Assembly: GCA_032718475.1 (NCBI GenBank)
Contig: JAUCBJ010005115.1
Coordinates: 1 to 58,173, forward strand
DNA length: 58,173 bases
Source of the DNA: Nemertoderma westbladi
Taxonomy: Eukaryota; Animalia; Xenacoelomorpha
Direction: 5' to 3'
Part shown: piece after piece, positions 23,578 through 35,400 of the stretch
How the letters are laid out: each line of letters begins with the position of its first letter
How positions within the stretch are numbered: position 1 is the first letter of the stretch
Notes under the pieces: model-generated
Databases searched by the model: none
What the model was told of the DNA's origin: nothing
The model's input: only the letters and a program-made list of their open reading frames with translations
Program-made: the position numbers and the translations under genes

Positions 23578-24735
23578 ACAGTACTACTGCTACGATCGGC
23601 ATGCTGCATTGCATATATATATATATATATACGTTATATTTAGGCATCATATATATTATATATATATTAAGAATGCTGTACCGGCTTGTCGATAAATTGC
23701 GCCGCCACAACTCCCTATCACCCATGACATTTGCAAGTTCATCCGAATCTTCAAGGCCGGTGTCCTTTAAGATGCGTATCAAGAGAGTCATGGGCTGTCT
23801 ACTATGCTTGCTTATTCGCTCCATGAGGCCGCCAAAGCCCAAGATTGTGCACTGGCTGGTCCTCACTGCGAAAGCAATGTCCTGCAAAGCGGAGGCGATT
23901 TTGTTCTAGTGTCAAGCTTGGGGGAACCAATGAGACACCTCCAATGTTATATAGTGTCTGGTTGGAGATGTGTTCATTGTACTTGACACAATGAACCCGG
24001 CGTAACATTCTTGTGAAAGTGCCATCCAGAGACTTGGTATCCTCCACAGTTAGAGCCCAGCATCGACGCCCATATAAGAGTACTGGTACTGGTACTATAC
24101 TAGTACTACTACTGCCATGAATAATCGAACCTTAAGGTACCGTTTTATTATATGGGACTTCCAAATGCTGGACAGACTATTTAACGCTGCCCATGCCTTC
24201 CCTTTACGTATCCGAAGGTCTACACCTGACTTTCTGATCCATGATCCCAAGTAGCAGAAGTCATCCACATGCTCAAGCAAGCCGTCCTTAGAGCTTATGC
24301 CCTTACGATCAGACATTTCTTGAGGGCTGTCTAGGTTAACTGTCATGATTTTGGTCTTCTTTGAATTTACAAAAAAACCAACACTAGAAGCAGCCTGCCC
24401 CAATGAGTAGCGGAGCCTTTGGGGTCCCTCTAGTGATCCTGACAGTACCCCTAAGTCATCAGCAAAGTTTAGATCAGTAACTAAGGTACTTTGCTGAAAT
24501 TCCTCTACTTCTTGAGCCAGTACGGGGTGTTACCATCTCCCCATCGTTATTAAGATGATCAAAGGCCATGCGTAGAACATAATCAACAACAATTACGAAT
24601 AAGAATGGCGCAAGTGTGTAACCCTGAAGGACTCCCCATAAGACTTCGTGACACCATCCATCAGTAGTAGACACAATTGTGGTGGAACCATCGTACAGTG
24701 ATCTGATAGCTGCAATAATTTCATCAGGCATCCAT
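23578..24735 (-). mobile_element. Degenerate RTE-type LINE, 3' half (RT to 3' end)
   Basis: GVLQGYTLAPFLFVIVVDYVL; DLNFADDL; VNSKKTK; VDDFCYLGSWI; LDGTFTRMLR; RLRFAGHCFR; DRELWR. 3' UTR GCAATGCAGCATGCCGATC followed by a degenerate (TAG)n tail. Confidence 0.9.
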
Positions 24736-25095
24736 ACAATGAAACTCAAAGTTATCAGGCAGTACCCTGTAATTATTTAGAATTTCAAATTTTTCAAATT
24801 TTAAAATTTCCAATAATAAGAACAATGACAACAGCGCAACTACGGACGGGTTCACTAATTATTATGCCCTTACACTAAGACTCTACCATACTTCGACGGC
24901 TCACCCCTCCTTGCTTTTTAATAAATGATAATAAATACTGTACAGGGTCGCATCCTGTTCATTAATCAAATATAAATGAAAAATTAATAGAAAATATTCT
25001 AAGAACTTAATAGCAACATAATTTTTTAAATTCGTCGTATTAAACCGCTAATAATATTCAATTGATCATTTTATCGCAGTGTTTCCATATAATTT

Positions 25096-25496
25096 ATGAG
25101 ACAAATGGATGAGGATAACGACAGAGGCAACCAAGACATGGCAGTGCCAAGAGGGAATTTTGGAGGAGGTGACAATATCCAGACTAACTGCGTCTTATTT
25201 TCTATGGAAAATATTATATTCCTTCTTCTGTTTATGGTATTATTATTATATGCTGTAGTTGGGGCCTCTATCTTTGGCGCCTTTGAAATGGAAAACTCAT
25301 TGATAGAGGCGAACAGGTATCAAATTACAAAAGCAACGTTTATGTCACGGCATCCCACCTGTGGAAGAATATGAACTCAGTGAGTTCCTAAACGCCTTCC
25401 AAAAAAACAAAAATTTCAGTCGAGATTCTAAACGGAAACAGTGGGACTTCTCTGGGTCATTCTACTTTATTTCAACCACTACTATTTCTACCATCG
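25096..25496 (+). CDS. KCNK13: K2P (THIK-like) exon 1: M1, cap and pore helix 1
   Basis: ORF 25096-25374 switches to the frame of ORF 25361. Ends at ACC ATC G/GTGAGT, with the donor at 25497. Confidence 0.75.
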
Positions 25497-25909
25497 GTGA
25501 GTTTCATTCCATTTTACAGGTCGGGGGGTTTGTGCATGTGCATGTTGTTTATCCAGTCGCTAAGATAATAATAAAGCAATAAACCTACGGTCAATTTTTA
25601 TACAGTATAATTTCCATTTCTATATAAATCTGGCTTATTTATTGAATTAATTTGTTTTATATAAAAATATTTAAACTATTCAAGGACTTCTAGAATACAG
25701 TATTTATTCAGGACACTGCACTTAGCTCTATATTCTATACATACTGTACTATATTCTAGAAGGCCTTGTTGTAACCAATAATAGTTTTAGAACATCAATA
25801 ATTCTAAAATTGAATGATTGAAAGACTAAACTTCAGCAGAAATTTCAAATCGCTCTATGAAATAAGTATGAAACCGAACTATATTATGCTGGTATTTTTT
25901 ACATTTCAG

Positions 25910-26469
25910 GTTTTGGAACGACTACACCTCTGACGATTCCCAGCAAAATTTTTTTAATTATATATGTGGTTTTTGGGTTATCAACAGTTATCCTTTTCTT
26001 GAACACGTTTTTAGAACGTGCCATAAGTCTTCTTACCACGTTTGGAAGGGCGTATTACAAGCTGCAGTTACATTGTAGAGGTCAGGCAGAGTTAAGCACT
26101 GAAATGCTATTGCAGTGGAAACCCTCAGTCTATTGGGTTGTGGTATATTTCACAATGGCCGAATTCACCTTAGTGATCAGTGCATCGTTACTTTACAGCA
26201 CAATAGAAGGATGGTCGTATATGGATTGTATATACTTCTGTTTTGTTTCATTTACTACTATTGGTTTTGGGGATGTGCTCCCATCCAATCGTGTCCCTGA
26301 GAATTACCAAACGTTAATCAACCCTTACCTTTACAGCTTCCTTAATGCTTTAATATTGTTTCTGGGCGTCTGCTTCACCTACTCCTTATTAAATGTATTC
26401 GCGTTTATAATAAAACAGTTTCTCGACAACATAATCCGGCATTGCCAGCAAACAAATCTGACTCAATGA
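25910..26469 (+). CDS. KCNK13: K2P (THIK-like) exon 2: GFG filter, M2, M3, P2, M4
   Basis: Acceptor TTTTTTACATTTCAG ends at 25909. Splicing gives TIG-FGTTTPLT, in frame with ORF 25966-26469. Confidence 0.88.
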
Positions 26470-26537
26470 TACAGATGAATTACATAAAAAAATGTCTATA
26501 ATGACCACCCCCCCCCCCCCCCGGGCCAAATAGCGTT

Positions 26538-27577
26538 AGGTGTTGGTATTGGCGTTGGTGTTGGTTTTGGTCTTGGTGTTGACCTTGGTATTGGTGTTGT
26601 TGTTGTTGGTGTTGGTATTGGTGTTGTTGTTGTTGGTGTTGGTATTGGTATTGGTATTGGTATTGGTATTGGTATTGGTATTGGTGTTGGTCTTGGTGTT
26701 TGTGTTGGTCTTGGTCTTGGTGTTTGTGTTGGTCTTGGTGTTGTTGGTGTTGCTGTTGGTCTTGGTCTTGGTGTTGTTGGTGTTGGTGCTGGTGCTGGTG
26801 CTGGTGCTGGTGCTGGTGCTGGTGCTGGTGCTGGTGCTGGTGCTGGTGCTGGTGCTGGTGCTGGTGCTGGTGCTGGTGCTGGTGCTGGTGCTGGTGCTGG
26901 TGCTGGTGCTGGTGCTGGTGCTGGTGCTGGTGCTGGTGCTGGTGCTGGTGCTGGTGCTGGTGCTGGTGCTGGTGCTGGTGCTGGTGCTGGTGCTGGTGCT
27001 GGTGCTGGTGCTGGTGCTGGTGCTGGTGCTGGTGCTGGTGCTGGTGCTGGTGCTGGTGCTGGTGCTGGTGCTGGTGCTGGTGCTGGTGCTGGTGCTGGTG
27101 CTGGTGCTGGTGCTGTTGCTGGTGTTGGTGCTGGTGCTGGTGCTGGTGCTAGTGCTGGTGCTGGTGCTGGTGCTGGTGCTGGTGCTGGTGCTGGTGCTGG
27201 TGCTGGTGCTGGTGCTGGTGCTGGTGCTGGTGCTGGTGCTGGTGCTGGTGCTGGTGCTGGTGCTGGAGCTGGTGCTGGTGCTGGTGCTGGTATTGGTCTT
27301 GGTGTTGGTGTTTGTGTTGGTCTTGGTGTTGTTGGTGTTGCTGTTGGTCTTGGTGATGGTCTTGGTCGTGGTCTGGGTGTTGTTGTTGTTGGTATTGGTG
27401 TTGGTCTTGGTGTTTGTGTTGATGTTTGTGTTTGTGTTGGTCTTGGTCTTGGTGTTGTTGGTGTTGCTGTTGGTCGTGGTCTTGGTGTTGTTGTTGGTGG
27501 TGCTGGTGCTGATGTTGGTGTTAGTGTTGGTGTTGGTATTGGTGTTGGTATTGGTGTTTGTGTTAGTCTTGGTGTAG
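26538..27577. repeat. Hexamer microsatellite: pure (GGTGCT)n core with degenerate GGTGTT/GGTATT/GGTCTT flanks
   Basis: Near-pure core at about 26784-27290; preceded by a C15 tract at 26508-26522. Confidence 0.95.
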
Positions 27578-28090
27578 GTATTTTAGTGCTTATTTATTTA
27601 ATGTAAATATGGACCAACTCAGTTGTAATTTAGTAGGCTGTGCATTAGATGGTTGTACGTACATATATCATATTTATATGCAGATGATATTTGTTTCATT
27701 TCTAACTCAACCATTGGGTTGCAAACACTAATTAATTAATAGATATGCTGTAAATCATAATATCCTGTTTAACCTTAAGAAAACCAAAATTATGTATTTT
27801 TTGTGCAGTAATTATAATAAAATTTGGATTCCTCCGTTTCTACAGTATTTATAAGGTAAACAAATAAATGTATAGGGCACACCAATAGGAATACTTGGTC
27901 ATTTATTCCATTAGAGCAGGGACGATGATTTTGATGTCAAGAAAGCCATGAGAGGTTGTTTATACGCTAGGGCAAATATATTATTCGTTCGTAAATTTAA
28001 ATATTGTTCTGATTATGTGAAAGTTACGATTTATCGTGCGTTCTTAATACCTAAGTATTGTATTTCGTTATAGTACCCTACCGTGTTTCT
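27578..28090 (+). mobile_element. Degenerate LINE RT fragment
   Basis: ILSAYLFNVNMDQLS...GC...YADDICFIS...GLQTLIN...HNILFNLKKTKIM...YLGH...YARANIL..RKFKYCSDYVK, with frameshifts. Confidence 0.8.
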
Positions 28091-28769
28091 TACATATAAG
28101 ATAATTCGATATCTAGCAAATTTAACAGAATAGGTGAAACCAATAATACGCTTATTACAGTAGTTTACTAACTTAATAACAGATACTTCACCTATAAGGG
28201 TATATATATATACTGTATATGGATTCCAGCGTACGAAATAAGTATTTACTATATGTTTGTTATTTAAATATTTATTTTATATTGTTTCGACGCTTATTAA
28301 TTTTATTCCAAAATTAATCAACGCCGTTAGTATTAACCTATTAACACCGAGTTGTTATTTAGCACTTTACAACTTTAGAGTACATTACAGCATTGTATTG
28401 GCCTGTACATTTAGTATTGTATTTCTGTATTATTATTTATGTAATGTCCCGAAGAGATGACTGTAAAGTCACGCCGTCATGGTTACCACATAAACAATAG
28501 TTGGTATTTATTATTAATTGCCTGACAGCCAGATATGCATACTGCATTACCTACCGGTAGCTATTTAATTACCAATAGCTTAACATGGCTCCAAACGCCA
28601 CCATAAATATAAGCTAACTTATTTATGACATAATTTATGTCATTTTTACATTTATTTATACAGCAACTAATATAATTTGTGCAGTTTCTATCACTTAATG
28701 AATATGTACAATCATTTCGTAATGTACAGTAATAATTTTGGAATAAAACTACATACATACTTGTTGCAA

Positions 28770-28872
28770 AGTACTTTACAGTGTTCTGATCCTCGTGGCT
28801 TTATTTTTCACCCACTCATTACGTTCGTTCGTGCAACAAAGCCACTCGGATCATCACACTGTAAAGTGCTAC
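28770..28872. repeat. Imperfect palindrome of about 100 bp (foldback or MITE remnant)
   Basis: ACTTTACAGTGT..TGATCC..GTGGCTTT pairs with AAAGCCAC..GGATCA..ACACTGTAAAGT. Confidence 0.7.
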
Positions 28873-29095
28873 TTTACACACAAAGTACTGTATGTACAGT
28901 AAATAGTTATTAATATACTATTATACTGTACTTAATTTTACTATAAAATTAACTATTAGCTTTGCTGTGCTCTTTGGACATATTTTTATAATGAATTAAT
29001 GTCTGGTTTAAATAATAACAACCATAATAACATACCCTCTAGTATTTACGCCCTAGTTTTACTCGCTTACGACTTATATCCCACAATTTACATAT

Positions 29096-29350
29096 GGGCA
29101 ATTCCACGGTGTCGGACGTTACGGACATTCTCGATTTTTGAATGTTTTTCTTTAAATTTACGAATATAATTGAATTTTTGACATCAGATTGCGTTGAATA
29201 AATGAGACAATTTATTAATCTTTCAGAATATCGCAAATACTCTGCATTGGGAAACGTTATTCTTCTTAAACAGTTGACTTTTAATAAGGAGTCGGACGTT
29301 ACAAAAATAGGACACTTTATATTGTACATATATTTTCTGTGGAAATGCCC
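29096..29350. mobile_element. MITE, 255 bp (Sola2-like termini)
   Basis: TIRs GGGCAATTCCACGG and CTGTGGAAATGCCC; 4-bp TSD ATAT at 29092-29095 and 29351-29354. The superfamily is inferred from the GGG termini and the AT-rich 4-bp TSD. Confidence 0.75.
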
Positions 29351-29454
29351 ATATCGAGAGAGAGAGGACGACGAACTAGGGCCCCTACAGAAATACGTGT
29401 TTCTATTTGTGAAAAACAAACTGTCCAAGACCGTTCTACAGTATTAGACTACAG

Positions 29455-32400
29455 AATACTGTACAGTAGCATAGACGCTACGGACACGGGCAAAACTAAA
29501 ACATAGAGCACTCGATTTAATACTGTACAGTAGCATAGACGCTACGGACACGGGCAAAACTAAAACATAGAGCACTCGATTTAATACTGTACAGTACAGT
29601 AGCATAGACGCTACGGACACGGGCAAAACTAAAACATAGAGCACTCGATTTAATACTGTACAGTACAGTAGCATAGACGCTACGGACACGGGCAAAACTA
29701 AAACATAGAGCACTCGATTTAATACTGTACAGTACAGTAGCATAGACGCTACGGACACGGGCAAAACTAAAACATAGAGCACTCGATTTAATACTATACA
29801 GTAGCATAGACGCTACGGACACGGGCAAAACTAAAACATAGAGCATTCGATTTAATACTGTACAGTAGCATAGACGTTACGGACACGGGCAAAACTAAAA
29901 CATAGAGCACTCGATTTAATACTGTACAGTAGCATAGACGTTACGGACACGGGCAAAACTAAAACATAGAGCACTCGATTTAATACTGTACAGTAGCATA
30001 GACGTTACGGACACGGGCAAAACTAAAACATAGAGCACTCGATTTAATACTGTACAGTAGCATAGACGTTACGGACACGGGCAAAACTAAAACATAGAGC
30101 ACTCGATTTAATACTGTACAGTAGCATAGACGCTACGGACACGGGCAAAACTAAAACATAGAGCACTCGATTTAATACTGTACAGTAGCATAGACGTTAC
30201 GGACACGGGCAAAACTAAAACATAGAGCACTCGATTTAATACTGTACAGTAGCATAGACGTTACGGACACGGGCAAAACTAAAACATAGAGCACTCGATT
30301 TAATACTGTACAGTAGCATAGACGCTACGGACACGGGCAAAACTAAAACATAGAGCACTCGATTTAATACTGTACAGTAGCATAGACGTTACGGACACGG
30401 GCAAAACTAAAACATAGAGCACTCGATTTAATACTGTACAGTAGCATAGACGTTACGGACACGGGCAAAACTAAAACATAGAGCACTCGATTTAATACTG
30501 TACAGTAGCATAGACGCTACGGACACGGGCAAAACTAAAACATAGAGCACTCGATTTAATACTGTACAGTAGCATAGACGCTACGGACACGGGCAAAACT
30601 AAAACATAGAGCACTCGATTTAATACTGTGCAGTAGCATAGACGATACGGACACGGGCAAAACTAAAACATAGAGCACTCGATTTAATACTGTACAGTAG
30701 CATAGACGCTACGGACACGGGCAAAACTAAAACATAGAGCACTCGATTTAATACTGTACAGTAGCATAGACGTTACGGACACGGGCAAAACTAAAACATA
30801 GAGCACTCGATTTAATACTGTACAGTAGCATAGACGTTACGGACACGGGCAAAACTAAAACATAGAGCATTCGATTTAATACTGTACAGTAGCATAGACG
30901 TTACGGACACGGGCAAAACTAAAACATAGAGCACTCGATTTAATACTGTACAGTAGCATAGACGATACGGACACGGGCAAAACTAAAACATAGAGCACTC
31001 GATTTAATACTGTACAGTAGCATAGACGATACGGACACGGGCAAAACTAAAACATAGAGCACTCGATTTAATACTGTACAGTACAGTAGCATAGACGCTA
31101 CGGACACGGGCAAAACTAAAACATAGAGCACTCGATTTAATACTGTGCAGTAGCATAGACGATACGGACACGGGCAAAACTAAAACATAGAGCACTCGAT
31201 TTAATACTGTACAGTAGCATAGACGATACGGACACGGGCAAAACTAAAACATAGAGCACTCGATTTAATACTGTACAGTAGCATAGACGTTACGGACACG
31301 GGCAAAACTAAAACATAGAGCACTCGATTTAATACTGTACAGTACAGTAGCATAGACGCTACGGACACGGGCAAAACTAAAACATAGAGCACTCGATTTA
31401 ATACTGTACAGTAGCATAGACGTTACGGACACGGGCAAAACTAAAACATAGAGCACTCGATTTAATACTGTACAGTAGCATAGACGATACGGACACGGGC
31501 AAAACTAAAACATAGAGCACTCGATTTAATACTGTACAGTACAGTAGCATAGACGCTACGGACACGGGCAAAACTAAAACATAGAGCACTCGATTTAATA
31601 CTGTGCAGTAGCATAGACGATACGGACACGGGCAAAACTAAAACATAGAGCACTCGATTTAATACTATACAGTAGCATAGACGTTACGGACACGGGCAAA
31701 ACTAAAACATAGAGCACTCGATTTAATACTGTACAGTAGCATAGACGATACGGACACGGGCAAAACTAAAACATAGAGCACTCGATTTAATACTGTACAG
31801 TAGCATAGACGATACGGACACGGGCAAAACTAAAACATAGAGCACTCGATTTAATACTGTACAGTAGCATAGACGATACGGACACGGGCAAAACTAAAAC
31901 ATAGAGCACTCGATTTAATACTGTACAGTACAGTAGCATAGACGCTACGGACACGGGCAAAACTAAAACATAGAGCACTCGATTTAATACTGTACAGTAG
32001 CATAGACGCTACGGACACGGGCAAAACTAAAACATAGAGCACTCGATTTAATACTGTACAGTAGCATAGACGATACGGACACGGGCAAAACTAAAACATA
32101 GAGCACTCGATTTAATACTGTACAGTACAGTAGCATAGACGCTACGGACACGGGCAAAACTAAAACATAGAGCACTCGATTTAATACTGTACAGTACAGT
32201 AGCATAGACGCTACGGACACGGGCAAAACTAAAACATAGAGCACTCGATTTAATACTGTACAGTAGCATAGACGTTACGGACACGGGCAAAACTAAAACA
32301 TAGAGCACTCGATTTAATACTGTACAGTACAGTAGCATAGACGCTACGGACACGGGCAAAACTAAAACATAGAGCACTCGATTTAATACTGTACAGTAGC

Positions 32401-35400
32401 ATAGACGATACGGACACGGGCAAAACTAAAACATAGAGCACTCGATTTAATACTGTACAGTACAGTAGCATAGACGCTACGGACACGGGCAAAACTAAAA
32501 CATAGAGCACTCGATTTAATACTGTGCAGTAGCATAGACGATACGGACACGGGCAAAACTAAAACATAGAGCACTCGATTTAATACTGTACAGTAGCATA
32601 GACGATACGGACACGGTCAAAACTAAAACATAGAGCACTCGATTTAATACTGTACAGTAGCATAGACGATACGGACACGGGCAAAACTAAAACATAGAGC
32701 ACTCGATTTAATACTGTACAGTAGCATAGACGATACGGACACGGGCAAAACTAAAACATAGAGCACTCGATTTAATACTGTACAGTAGCATAGACGATAC
32801 GGACACGGGCAAAACTAAAACATAGAGCACTCGATTTAATACTGTACAGTACAGTAGCATAGACGCTACGGACACGGGCAAAACTAAAACATAGAGCACT
32901 CGATTTAATACTGTACAGTAGCATAGACGCTACGGACACGGGCAAAACTAAAACATAGAGCACTCGATTTAATACTGTACAGTACAGTAGCATAGACGCT
33001 ACGGACACGGGCAAAACTAAAACATAGAGCACTCGATTTAATACTGTACAGTAGCATAGACGTTACGGACACGGGCAAAACTAAAACATAGAGCACTCGA
33101 TTTAATACTGTACAGTAGCATAGACGATACGGACACGGGCAAAACTAAAACATAGAGCACTCGATTTAATACTGTACAGTAGCATAGACGTTACGGACAC
33201 GGGCAAAACTAAAACATAGAGCACTCGATTTAATACTGTACAGTAGCATAGACGTTACGGACACGGGCAAAACTAAAACATAGAGCACTCGATTTAATAC
33301 TGTACAGTAGCATAGACGATACGGACACGGGCAAAACTAAAACATAGAGCACTCGATTTAATACTGTACAGTACAGTAGCATAGACGCTACGGACACGGG
33401 CAAAACTAAAACATAGAGCACTCGATTTAATACTGTGCAGTAGCATAGACGTTACGGACACGGGCAAAACTAAAACATAGAGCACTCGATTTAATACTGT
33501 ACAGTAGCATAGACGATACGGACACGGGCAAAACTAAAACATAGAGCACTCGATTTAATACTGTACAGTACAGTAGCATAGACGCTACGGACACGGGCAA
33601 AACTAAAACATAGAGCACTCGATTTAATACTGTACAGTAGCATAGACGTTACGGACACGGGCAAAACTAAAACATAGAGCACTCGATTTAATACTGTACA
33701 GTAGCATAGACGCTACGGACACGGGCAAAACTAAAACATAGAGCACTCGATTTAATACTGTACAGTAGCATAGACGTTACGGACACGGGCAAAACTAAAA
33801 CATAGAGCACTCGATTTAATACTGTACAGTAGCATAGACGCTACGGACACGGGCAAAACTAAAACATAGAGCACTCGATTTAATACTGTACAGTAGCATA
33901 GACGATACGGACACGGGCAAAACTAAAACATAGAGCACTCGATTTAATACTGTACAGTAGCATAGACGCTACGGACACGGGCAAAACTAAAACATAGAGC
34001 ACTCGATTTAATACTGTGCAGTAGCATAGACGTTACGGACACGGGCAAAACTAAAACATAGAGCACTCGATTTAATACTGTACAGTAGCATAGACGATAC
34101 GGACACGGGCAAAACTAAAACATAGAGCACTCGATTTAATACTGTACAGTAGCATAGACGATACGGACACGGGCAAAACTAAAACATAGAGCACTCGATT
34201 TAATACTGTACAGTAGCATAGACGTTACGGACACGGGCAAAACTAAAACATAGAGCACTCGATTTAATACTGTACAGTAGCATAGACGATACGGACACGG
34301 GCAAAACTAAAACATAGAGCACTCGATTTAATACTGTCGACAGTAGCATAGACGCTACGGACACGGGCAAAACTAAAACATAGAGCACTCGATTTAATAC
34401 TGTACAGTAGCATAGACGATACGGACACGGGCAAAACTAAAACATAGAGCACTCGATTTAATACTGTACAGTAGCATAGACGATACGGACACGGGCAAAA
34501 CTAAAACATAGAGCACTCGATTTAATACTGTACAGTAGCATAGACGATACGGACACGGGCAAAACTAAAACATAGAGCACTCGATTTAATACTGTACAGT
34601 AGCATAGACGATACGGACACGGGCAAAACTAAAACATAGAGCACTCGATTTAATACTGTACAGTACAGTAGCATAGACGCTACGGACACGGGCAAAACTA
34701 AAACATAGAGCACTCGATTTAATACTGTACAGTAGCATAGACGCTACGGACACGGGCAAAACTAAAACATAGAGCACTCGATTTAATACTGTACAGTAGC
34801 ATAGACGATACGGACACGGGCAAAACTAAAACATAGAGCACTCGATTTAATACTGTACAGTAGCATAGACGTTACGGACACGGGCAAAACTAAAACATAG
34901 AGCACTCGATTTAATACTGTGCAGTAGCATAGACGTTACGGACACGGGCAAAACTAAAACATAGAGCACTCGATTTAATACTGTACAGTAGCATAGACGA
35001 TACGGACACGGGCAAAACTAAAACATAGAGCACTCGATTTAATACTGTACAGTAGCATAGACGTTACGGACACGGGCAAAACTAAAACATAGAGCACTCG
35101 ATTTAATACTGTACAGTAGCATAGACGTTACGGACACGGGCAAAACTAAAACATAGAGCACTCGATTTAATACTGTACAGTAGCATAGACGATACGGACA
35201 CGGGCAAAACTAAAACATAGAGCACTCGATTTAATACTGTACAGTAGCATAGACGTTACGGACACGGGCAAAACTAAAACATAGAGCACTCGATTTAATA
35301 CTGTACAGTAGCATAGACGATACGGACACGGGCAAAACTAAAACATAGAGCACTCGATTTAATACTGTACAGTAGCATAGACGATACGGACACGGGCAAA

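Larger units (their letters stand above)
25096..26469 (+). pseudogene. KCNK13: THIK-type two-pore-domain K+ channel gene (KCNK12/13-like), two exons, frameshifted in exon 1
   Basis: M1 (FLLLFMVLLLYAVVGASIFGAFE), P1 (WDFSGSFYF...STIG/FG split by an intron), M2 (ILFLNTFLER), THIK-typical WKPSVY, P2 (EGWSYMDCIYFCFVSFTTIGFGD), M4 (GVCFTYSLLNV...IKQ). A +1 frameshift lies near 25354-25360. The symbol denotes the subfamily, not a proven orthologue. Confidence 0.8.

Noticed and set aside
26540-27577. 345-aa poly-LV, poly-CW or Gly-Ala silk-like ORFs
   Set aside because: Translations of a hexamer microsatellite with no unique flanking coding sequence or clear splice context.
28447-28480. Second hammerhead-like motif (CCGAAGAG-TGAC-loop-GTCA)
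   Set aside because: Both conserved core segments are mutated; insufficient support.
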